DNA of 61,084 nucleotides. It comes from a virus (lineage: Duplodnaviria; Caudoviricetes). A model generated the notes under the pieces. The model was not told the origin of the DNA, made no database searches, and saw only the letters and a list, made by a program, of their open reading frames with translations. Shown one piece after another: positions 1 to 7,310 of this stretch (within the stretch, counting starts at the first letter, position 1; each line of letters starts with the position of its first letter). The translations under genes and the position numbers were made by a program. The stretch lies in the IMG/VR virus record IMGVR_UViG_3300021519_000011, positions 1-61,084 of that record, one strand, 5' to 3'.

Positions 1-89
1 GCACCTAGCCTACCTAGGTGAGCCTTCAACTGAACCCTCTTTGGAGCCACAGCACCCGCCAGCCGCTCGTAGAATCGGTGCTAGCTTCG
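1..89. repeat. Terminal direct repeat / circular overlap, left copy
   Basis: 1-89 matches 60996-61084 except at positions 39 (c vs t) and 67 (t vs c). Confidence 0.95.
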
Positions 90-187
90 CCGCCGATATA
101 TGCACTATTCCGTCTACTACCCCCAGTAGTGCTGATACCTAACCCGCTGGTGTATTTGAAGCCGCCCAGATTAGACAGCAGAAATGA

Positions 188-301
188 AAAAACCCCATAC
201 AACTGGAGTCTATTTTGGTCATTCGCTTATGTTTGTCAATCCAAGAACCAAGCATAAGAAAACTTTGCATAGACCCCATGTGTATAGGGTTTCTTGGTTG
301 A
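188..301 (-). ncRNA. Long hairpin leader RNA or attenuator with C4/CI-like architecture, upstream of the replication operon
   Basis: 24-nt arms at 190-213 and 269-292 pair on the - strand with G-U wobbles; inner stem CUUAUGCUUG/CAAACAUAAG; followed by a U tract; TATAAT lies immediately upstream. Confidence 0.5.
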
Positions 302-343
302 TTATACATTAATGAACCGACCAAAGTCCATTGCTGCAAGGAA

Positions 344-372
344 ACTATAACACGGGTTTCAAATCCGTGCAA
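344..372 (-). promoter_or_regulatory. Sigma70-type promoter with a palindromic spacer
   Basis: TTGCAC-N17-TATAGT on the - strand; CACGG...CCGTG inverted repeat between the boxes. Confidence 0.55.
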
Positions 373-410
373 GAAAAAGAATGGGGGGAAGGTATGCTCA
401 CTTCACCCCC
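371..410 (-). terminator. Intrinsic terminator-like hairpin
   Basis: GGGGGUGAAG/CUUCCCCCC stem followed by AUUCUUUUUCUU on the - strand. Confidence 0.5.
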
Positions 411-480
411 GAGTGCCGTGTGGAGAGGAGCCACTGGCAAAGGATACCCGAGGAAGGTATTAGCGCAAATATACCACATA

Positions 481-496
481 CTGTATAGATATACAT
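481..496. promoter_or_regulatory. Near-consensus LexA (SOS) box
   Basis: CTGTATAGATATACAT, one mismatch to CTGT-N8-ACAG, AT-alternating spacer. Confidence 0.4.
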
Positions 497-538
497 AAGG
501 GTAAACCCTAACCTATGTGGTAACGTTACCAGATACGC

Positions 539-910
539 TTAAAAAATAGGCACATTTGGGTATTCAGAGATAGTTACCTGACACCCACCACCTTTGATCT
601 TATCGCCGCGCTCAATGGTTATCTTCCATACTTGTTGGTCGTCATCAAATGCCCCTGCGTCCTGTAGGGAATCACAAATGCATTTGGCGGCATTATCAAT
701 ATCCATAAGGCGCTTGTCTCGTGGAAACAACATTACATTTAACTCTACTGGTGCGCTACCAAATCCCTTATGGTTGCTGGCCTTCCATATTTCCTTAACG
801 CGCCGTTTAAATTCAACGCCCCGCTTAGAAATATAACGGCGCTTGCCAGACTGAAGCCAGTAAGCATTGACGGAAACAAAATAAGGTAGGGTTAGGGTAA
901 TTACTAACAC
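539..910 (-). CDS. rusA: RusA-family Holliday junction resolvase
   Basis: SVNAYW start, RDKRLMDIDN..K...DSLQ..G.FDDD.QV motif. Confidence 0.9.
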   Translation of the reverse strand: MLVITLTLPYFVSVNAYWLQSGKRRYISKRGVEFKRRVKEIWKASNHKGFGSAPVELNVMLFPRDKRLMDIDNAAKCICDSLQDAGAFDDDQQVWKITIERGDKIKGGGCQVTISEYPNVPIF

Positions 911-939
911 AATAGTTGAAAGAAAGTGGGTATAACCTA

Positions 940-968
940 TTTACAATTAATCATTCATGGATTATATT
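940..968 (+). promoter_or_regulatory. Sigma70-type promoter for the glycan/recombination operon
   Basis: TTTACA-N17-TATATT, then RBS AGAGGAGAGG before ATG 989. Confidence 0.55.
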
Positions 969-988
969 CCCAATCAGAGGAGAGGCAA

Positions 989-1843
989 ATGAAAAAGGTG
1001 TGTGTAGTTAACTTCTGGGACGGCGCGTTCGACGGGGACTTCTTTGAGTTCTTTTTTAGCGCGGCATTTGACGGCATAGAGTATGTGCATAGCCCGCATG
1101 ACGCTGACGTAATTATTAGCTCCGTCTTTGGTCGTACACAAACAAATCCCGCAAAAACAATTATGTATATTGGCGAGAATGTACGTCCTAACTACATGGG
1201 ATACAACCACTCCCTTTCATTTGATCACGATACTTATGGTGGACGTAATTTCCGTTTACCTCTTTGGTGGTCACGCCTTGCATGGGACGGATTTACACAA
1301 AAGCCCCGCAAACAAAATTCCCACAATCATGGATACGAAGACCTTATATCCATTGATTCCCTAACAAACGGGCGCACTCTTGATTTGAGCCAGAAGACTA
1401 AGTTCTGCGCCATGATTGCTGGGAACCCTGAAGGATTGCGAGTTAACTTGTACAACTCATTGAACAAGTACAAACCAGTAGACGGATACGGACTTATGTT
1501 TGGTAACTCATTGCGCCAATCTAAGTTTGACATATTGCCTGAGTATAAATTTTGCTTATGCCCTGAGAACTCGGTCTATGACGGCTATGTAACCGAGAAG
1601 TTAATTGACGCTTACGCGGGCGGTACGGTGCCAATCTATAGTGGGGACTCATCGGTAGCTGAGGACTTTAACTACAACGCTTTTTTAAATTATCAAGAGA
1701 TTAGAGATATGGAACAGTTTGTAGAACACGTTTCTTTTTTTGATCGCAACACAGAAGCATACCGATCTGTATATGAACGCCCCCTACTGGACGAATCACC
1801 AAGTCTTGATAACGCAATTGCTTTTGTAAGGAGTATTGTATGA
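989..1843 (+). CDS. Glycosyltransferase family 10 (alpha-1,3-fucosyltransferase-like)
   Basis: GT10 motif YKFCLCPENS..DGYVTEKL.DAY..GTVPIY.G; GENVRP and FRLPLW motifs; start moved to the ATG after the RBS. Confidence 0.85.
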   Translation: MKKVCVVNFWDGAFDGDFFEFFFSAAFDGIEYVHSPHDADVIISSVFGRTQTNPAKTIMYIGENVRPNYMGYNHSLSFDHDTYGGRNFRLPLWWSRLAWDGFTQKPRKQNSHNHGYEDLISIDSLTNGRTLDLSQKTKFCAMIAGNPEGLRVNLYNSLNKYKPVDGYGLMFGNSLRQSKFDILPEYKFCLCPENSVYDGYVTEKLIDAYAGGTVPIYSGDSSVAEDFNYNAFLNYQEIRDMEQFVEHVSFFDRNTEAYRSVYERPLLDESPSLDNAIAFVRSIV

Positions 1844-2184
1844 ACGCAAATGAACTAGCTGATAAATTAGAAAAGTGTTGCTTAGTATCATGGGGCGAGT
1901 GCAACCACGAAGATTACGATACTGATATTTGGACAAAAATGAAGTCTGCTACCATGCTACGCCAGCAACAAGAGCAAATCAACAACCTGAAGCAATGGGA
2001 AAAGCGCCAGCTTGATGTCATTGAGGCGTTAAAACAAATCATTGACGCAAACAACCTAAACCAAAACATTGGGCAGTTTGTAAAGCCAGACTTAACAATT
2101 GAGGAAGTCATGTCAGAGCATTGCACCCGTTACAAGTTAGGTTATAGCCCATTAAATGATTATGCATCGGTAAAAGCAAAATGA
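1840..2184 (+). CDS. Hypothetical phage protein
   Basis: ATGA-coupled ORF in operon. Confidence 0.7.
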   Translation: MNANELADKLEKCCLVSWGECNHEDYDTDIWTKMKSATMLRQQQEQINNLKQWEKRQLDVIEALKQIIDANNLNQNIGQFVKPDLTIEEVMSEHCTRYKLGYSPLNDYASVKAK

Positions 2185-2426
2185 ATACAGAAAAATTAGG
2201 CGGAACAAAAACATTTGAAATTAAAGAAAGTTATGAAGTTGAAGGTATTACTGAGGACTTTATTTGGTATAACTCAAAAATACTAAAAAATAAAATGAGT
2301 TCTTGGGAATATGAGTTTGAAAGAATTATTAATGTAATGGAAAGCCGCCATAAAGAACACCTTGAAATTATTAACGATTTGATGCGTGAGAACAATTTTT
2401 TAAGATCAAAGGTAAAAGAAAAATGA
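2181..2426 (+). CDS. Hypothetical protein
   Basis: ATGA-coupled ORF. Confidence 0.65.
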   Translation: MNTEKLGGTKTFEIKESYEVEGITEDFIWYNSKILKNKMSSWEYEFERIINVMESRHKEHLEIINDLMRENNFLRSKVKEK

Positions 2427-2674
2427 AAACACGTTTTGATTTAGAGCAGGACATACTAGCTTTGTGGGGAGTTAAAGAAGTGGTAGATAACTTAATCTTT
2501 CGGGCGTGTGATCACGCTGAAATACTTACCGAAGATCAGTTAGCCAACTACTTAATTATGGTATCTAACTTACTAGAGTTACAGGGCGAGAAAGCATTTG
2601 ATACTTTTAAACAGTACGAACAAGTAGACGAATATGCTTCAGAAGAGGCTAAGGAAAAAAGGACAATACTATGA
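2423..2674 (+). CDS. Hypothetical phage protein
   Basis: ATGA-coupled ORF. Confidence 0.65.
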   Translation: MKTRFDLEQDILALWGVKEVVDNLIFRACDHAEILTEDQLANYLIMVSNLLELQGEKAFDTFKQYEQVDEYASEEAKEKRTIL

Positions 2675-2883
2675 AAATAATAACGAAGTTGCGTAAAGAA
2701 AGAAAAGACGGTTCAGCTATTTGTGAACTTGATTTGGATAGGGAAGCTAAGGACTGGCTAATAGGCGAGGGGTTTGTGTCCGTCTTAAGTAAAGCATTGG
2801 GGGTTTCAGAGTCATTTGCAAAGAAGCAACCTAAACGAATAAGAGAGTTAGTAAAAGATTTAGATATAGATGGGCGTTGCTAA
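2671..2883 (+). CDS. Hypothetical protein
   Basis: ATGA-coupled ORF. Confidence 0.6.
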   Translation: MKIITKLRKERKDGSAICELDLDREAKDWLIGEGFVSVLSKALGVSESFAKKQPKRIRELVKDLDIDGRC

Positions 2884-3752
2884 TGAAATCTAAGTACGGC
2901 ATACAGCACCCACACTCGCCAGTAATGGAGCTAACTACTATGGTTGGGTGTCCGCTGATGTGTTCTTTCTGTCCACAAGAAAACTTGCGCGATAACTACG
3001 GCGATAAGACCAAGTACCTAACACCAGTAGATTTAATTCACGTTCTAACAAAGCTGCCGCGCAATACTCGCATAGATTTTTCAGGTATGTCCGAACCTTG
3101 GGCTAACCCAGACTGCACTCAAATGCTGGAAGAAGTCCTATACATGGGATTTAACATAGCGATCTACACGACCCTGTACGGCATGACGAATGAAGATGCG
3201 CGTAGGGTTAAGAAAGTATTGGAAGACCACCCTAAACAGGTAGAAGTAATTATGTTTCACCTACCCGATTCCAACGGCAACATGAAGGGCTGGAAATACT
3301 CAGAAGAATGGGTAGAGTCGTTAAAGATAATGACCCAGCTTGATCTTCCTTGTGGCTTTGGTGCTATGACTATGGATGGTTCAGGTAAGGTTCATGCTGA
3401 TCTTCAGGACATGATTGGAGATTTGGCTGGCTGGCAAGGCCATACGCGGGCTGATAGCCTTAAGATAGAGCAGGTAGGCGACCAAGCAGTAAGTCTTACC
3501 CCACGCCATGACTTTGCCCTAACTTGCGCTTCTACGCCGTTTTACGACCGCAACGTCTTACTACCCAACGGCGATGTAGTGCTGTGCTGTATGGACTACA
3601 ACCTCAAACACGTTATAGGGAACTTATTAGAGCAGACCTATGATGAGATTTTTCAAAGTAAACCACTACTTGATCTGATTGCTATGAACGAGAAGCCTGA
3701 GTTTAACAAATGCAGTATTTGTAAATCGTGCGATAACGTGAGGAAGATATGA
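2883..3752 (+). CDS. Radical SAM protein with C-terminal SPASM/twitch domain
   Basis: CPLMCSFC (CxxxCxxC), FSGMSEP, and C-terminal NGDVVLCC...IGNL...CSICKSC. Confidence 0.85.
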   Translation: MKSKYGIQHPHSPVMELTTMVGCPLMCSFCPQENLRDNYGDKTKYLTPVDLIHVLTKLPRNTRIDFSGMSEPWANPDCTQMLEEVLYMGFNIAIYTTLYGMTNEDARRVKKVLEDHPKQVEVIMFHLPDSNGNMKGWKYSEEWVESLKIMTQLDLPCGFGAMTMDGSGKVHADLQDMIGDLAGWQGHTRADSLKIEQVGDQAVSLTPRHDFALTCASTPFYDRNVLLPNGDVVLCCMDYNLKHVIGNLLEQTYDEIFQSKPLLDLIAMNEKPEFNKCSICKSCDNVRKI

Positions 3753-4000
3753 AAGAAGAATTTTTAGCGTGGGCAAAGAAAAAGCGATTGCTAGAGGAAA
3801 GCAATACTGAATCAACAGATCATATGGTTGGGTGGCTATGGATTACTTGGCAAACAGCTTGGAGAATAGGGGCTGCTACTCATAAACCAACAATGGATAA
3901 GTTGCGTATGGAACGAGATGCCTATGAACAAGAGATACAAAAAACACTTACGCAGAAATATTATTTTGAGGCTTTAGCAGAACAAAATGAAAAATTATGA
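3749..4000 (+). CDS. Hypothetical protein
   Basis: Coupled ORF. Confidence 0.6.
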   Translation: MKEEFLAWAKKKRLLEESNTESTDHMVGWLWITWQTAWRIGAATHKPTMDKLRMERDAYEQEIQKTLTQKYYFEALAEQNEKL

Positions 4001-4728
4001 TTGATCAACTAAAAGAATTGGTTAAAGCACTACGCCCTGTACAAACGAATTTTAAGCTCATACGGGTAGGCGGCGCTAATGATGGCGGTTACTTAATACC
4101 TGACGATTTAGATGGTATAGCGGCTTGCTTCTCGCCCGGAGTTGCTGATACGGCTAGCTTCGAGGCGGGGCTATGTTGTAGGGGTATTGGGTCACACCTT
4201 GCAGACGGATCGGTTGATGGCGCGCCAAAAGGCATCACACCACTATCGTTTACCAAGAAGTATCTAGACGGATACAACGACGAGAACAACATAAGTTTAT
4301 TTTCTTGGGTATTGGGGACGGATGCGTATCAGTTTGGCGAGGACTTGATTCTTCAGATGGATATTGAAGGCGCAGAATATGCAACTATCATAGCCACCCC
4401 GCTATGTATATTAAAAAAGTTTAGGATTATCTGTGTAGAAGTTCACGACACCGATGCATGGTTTAACCCGATTGCTTGGAATACTGTTCAGACATTCTTT
4501 GCCAAGTTAACTGAAGACTTTCATGTAGTACATAATCATCCTAACAATAACTGTGGAAATGTAGAGGCTGGTGGTTTTATTTTGCCGCGGGTATTTGAAT
4601 TAACCTTGTTACGTAAAGATAGGAGTGAGGCGCTTGGTTTTATAGAAGACTTACCTCACCCATTGGATGCCCGCAATGTATTAGATAAACCTGTATTAGA
4701 ACTGCCAAAGGAATGGTATGGAGCGTAG
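3997..4728 (+). CDS. FkbM/Methyltransf_22-like SAM-dependent methyltransferase
   Basis: RVGG..DGGY, FSPGV, LQMDIEGAEY, ICVEVH and H.HPNN motifs. Confidence 0.8.
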   Translation: MIDQLKELVKALRPVQTNFKLIRVGGANDGGYLIPDDLDGIAACFSPGVADTASFEAGLCCRGIGSHLADGSVDGAPKGITPLSFTKKYLDGYNDENNISLFSWVLGTDAYQFGEDLILQMDIEGAEYATIIATPLCILKKFRIICVEVHDTDAWFNPIAWNTVQTFFAKLTEDFHVVHNHPNNNCGNVEAGGFILPRVFELTLLRKDRSEALGFIEDLPHPLDARNVLDKPVLELPKEWYGA

Positions 4729-4879
4729 AGACGAATTTGCTAAAGCAATTATGGCTGGCATTATTGCTGCTGATTGGAAGTTTGATCTAACTGAAAAGAA
4801 GTGGGATGAGATTGCCGCCCGCCGTGCTTATGAGTTAGCAGACGCTATGATTAAAGAACGGGAGATTAATAATGTATAA
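4718..4879 (+). CDS. Small hypothetical phage protein (53 aa)
   Basis: Manual translation MERRDEFAKAIMAG...AYELADAMIKER fills the operon gap. Confidence 0.65.
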   Translation: MERRDEFAKAIMAGIIAADWKFDLTEKKWDEIAARRAYELADAMIKEREINNV

Positions 4880-5042
4880 AAACATTGGACTTGGAATACT
4901 TTTTGTTGCTTTGATTTTGTCGTTCAGTATGCGCAGCAACAACTGCCAAAAGGTAACGGTAGAACCATATAAACAAAATCAAATGGTGGACGGCTGTGTA
5001 ATGCAGAAGTCGGGCGAGAATTGGATAAGAACATGCGGATAA
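4872..5042 (+). CDS. Small protein with a hydrophobic N-terminus (56 aa)
   Basis: Manual translation MYKNIGLGILFVALILSF...; overlaps both neighbours. Confidence 0.5.
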   Translation: MYKNIGLGILFVALILSFSMRSNNCQKVTVEPYKQNQMVDGCVMQKSGENWIRTCG

Positions 5043-5701
5043 TGGTAATCACCCCTACTACTGGGAAAGATACGTTGGAGAAAGCTATTGAAAGCGTTAA
5101 AGCACAAACAATAGAAACAGAGCATTTGGTTGTGTCTGATGGGGTGCATATGGATCGCCCAGACGTGCGTTACTTTATGACTCTACCCGAAAACGTAGGC
5201 GGTAATGGGTGGTATGGACACCGAGTATATGCAGCTATGCCACTAATGGTAAATGCTGATTACATTTTGTTTTTAGATGAAGATAATTGGTTTGAGCCAA
5301 ACCACGTAGAGACGATGATTAATAAGATCAAAAGCAAAAACCTAATGTGGGCTTATAGCTTGAGGAGAATATGTGATGAATCAGGACAATATGTTTGTGA
5401 CGATGATTGCGAATCACTCGGTCGCTGTCCAACGTTTTACGATAGTAATCTCAATTTTGTTGATACTAATTGTTATTGCTTTCGGCGTGAATTCTTGGTT
5501 ACTGTGGCGCACTATTTCTACGGCGGCTGGGGTGCAGACCGCCCCTTCTATAAAGCTACCAGCACAGCTTTGCCTGCCTTCGGATGCACAGGAGAGGCTA
5601 CGGTTAATTACCGAGCGCCCGAGAGATTACATCAGATGTTTGCAGAAGGAAACAAATTAATGAAAGAAGCATACAAAATCTTACCTTGGAGAATGAAATG
5701 A
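5033..5701 (+). CDS. Glycosyltransferase family 2 (GT-A fold)
   Basis: VITPTTG...L..AIESV.AQT, VVSDG, YILFLDEDN (DxD). Confidence 0.85.
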   Translation: MRIMVITPTTGKDTLEKAIESVKAQTIETEHLVVSDGVHMDRPDVRYFMTLPENVGGNGWYGHRVYAAMPLMVNADYILFLDEDNWFEPNHVETMINKIKSKNLMWAYSLRRICDESGQYVCDDDCESLGRCPTFYDSNLNFVDTNCYCFRREFLVTVAHYFYGGWGADRPFYKATSTALPAFGCTGEATVNYRAPERLHQMFAEGNKLMKEAYKILPWRMK

Positions 5702-5913
5702 TCTGGGAAATAGCCTGCAAGATTGATGAATTAAACAACAAGATATCTAACGCCGCGGATGCTCTTGAGCTTATTGCTGACGACTTAACTAGCGCACCAC
5801 ATAGCGGGGCATTATGGTTGGTTCGAGACGTACTGAATGAAACAAGTAAGTCCATTGAGTTATTGGTAAGTGATTTAATGCATGAAGATAAACCTAAAGG
5901 AAAAAAGAAATGA
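5698..5913 (+). CDS. Hypothetical protein
   Basis: ATGA-coupled ORF with RBS. Confidence 0.6.
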   Translation: MIWEIACKIDELNNKISNAADALELIADDLTSAPHSGALWLVRDVLNETSKSIELLVSDLMHEDKPKGKKK

Positions 5914-6707
5914 GCTTTAAGAAGAACAAGGTAGCACAGATGATTCAAGTACAAAAGCCGCCCCAACAGACTAAGTTGTTTGTAGCTACCCCAATGTATG
6001 GCGGGATGTGTACTGGAATGTACTCTTCAGCGATCATGCAGATGGTAGGCGTATGCGGGCAAAACGGCATTCAAATGTATTACTCCTTTATGATGAATGA
6101 GTCCTTGATTACCCGTGCTAGAAACTCGATGGCTTATGATTTTATGGAAACGGATGCCACCCATCTTATGTTTATTGATGCGGACATTGCCTTTAATCCC
6201 GCTGATATTCCCCGCATGGTTTCAGCGGATAAAGATATTATCTGTGGGCTTTATCCCAAAAAAGAAATTAACTGGGTTCAGGTATCTGAGGCTGTTAAAG
6301 CTGGTGTACCACCAGATCAACTACATCTTCATACCGGAGCATTTGTGCTTAACCTAGCACACGGAGAAACCCAGACCACTGGCAATGTTAACCAGCCTAT
6401 TGAGATTGCCAATGGTGGCACAGGCTTTATGTTGATTAAGCGCAAAGTTTTTGAAACGCTAAACGATAAAGTTCCAAGTTATACAAACGATATGTATCAC
6501 GCAGTAGATGTAGTGCGTAAGGTTAAGATCATTAAAGAGTTTTTTGCTACTTCTATTGATGAAGAATCTAACCGCCTTTTATCTGAGGATTATCACTTCT
6601 GTAAGATTTCAAGGATGGCTGGATTTAAAGTGTTTTGTGCGCCTTGGGCTAACTTTAGTCATACAGGTTCTTACAACTTTAGCGGTACTTTACCGAGGTC
6701 TGCATGA
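5910..6707 (+). CDS. Phage GT-A fold glycosyltransferase-like protein
   Basis: LFVATPMYGG, ESLITRARN, THLMFIDADI (DxD), GTGFMLIKR, LSEDYHFC. Confidence 0.75.
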   Translation: MSFKKNKVAQMIQVQKPPQQTKLFVATPMYGGMCTGMYSSAIMQMVGVCGQNGIQMYYSFMMNESLITRARNSMAYDFMETDATHLMFIDADIAFNPADIPRMVSADKDIICGLYPKKEINWVQVSEAVKAGVPPDQLHLHTGAFVLNLAHGETQTTGNVNQPIEIANGGTGFMLIKRKVFETLNDKVPSYTNDMYHAVDVVRKVKIIKEFFATSIDEESNRLLSEDYHFCKISRMAGFKVFCAPWANFSHTGSYNFSGTLPRSA

Positions 6708-6850
6708 GTGGCTGGTTAATAATTTTAACTGGCCTTATATACGCTTGGATAGCAGTGGAGCAGGGGCTTAAAGGGAACATACCCATGTTGATCTGTTACA
6801 TCTGCTATGCGGGCGCTAACGTAGGTTTATGGATGATGGCAACTAAATGA
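6704..6850 (+). CDS. Small membrane protein (48 aa)
   Basis: Manual translation MSGWLIILTGLIYAWIAVEQG...; two hydrophobic segments. Confidence 0.6.
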   Translation: MSGWLIILTGLIYAWIAVEQGLKGNIPMLICYICYAGANVGLWMMATK

Positions 6851-6857
6851 GGAAACT

Positions 6858-7148
6858 ATGAGGAAGATATTAATAGCTGTATGTTTATACAGTGGTGCTG
6901 TATCGGCACAGATAACAAGCTGGGAGAACAGTCCGATGAACTTTAAAAATTCAGATATGAATTGGAATAATAGTTCTAGCAATTTTAAAAATTCTCCATA
7001 TAATTGGGAAACCAGTGAATACAACTACAACACAAAATCTGGGGTTTACGATAATAGCGGTAACCGCCTTGGTTATGAAACAATGAACAGAGACGGCACA
7101 ATAAACTTTTACGATGACAGCGGCAACCGCGTGGCATACGGAAGATAG
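6858..7148 (+). CDS. Putative secreted Asn-rich repeat protein
   Basis: Signal-peptide-like N-terminus; 7-aa N[WF]xNSxx repeats; RBS GAGG. Confidence 0.7.
   Translation: MRKILIAVCLYSGAVSAQITSWENSPMNFKNSDMNWNNSSSNFKNSPYNWETSEYNYNTKSGVYDNSGNRLGYETMNRDGTINFYDDSGNRVAYGR
6877..6892. promoter_or_regulatory. Consensus LexA (SOS) box inside the 5' end of ORF 6858
   Basis: CTGTATGTTTATACAG = CTGT-N8-ACAG. Confidence 0.55.
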
Positions 7149-7310
7149 AGGAAAAGATGATTGATTACGCAGAAAACTTACTTGCGCTTGCAAAAGGTAC
7201 AAAGGAACTTGACCACCTATTGCTTAGTAATGAAGATCAAAAAGCAGTAGATAAGGTTGATGATTTGATTGTTACATTGATTGATTTGAAGCTTTGGCTA
7301 AAGAGAAAAA

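Noticed and set aside
18-372. ORFs 18-257 (+) and 139-372 (-)
   Set aside because: No RBS or recognisable motifs; they overlap promoters and RNA stems and are better explained as non-coding.
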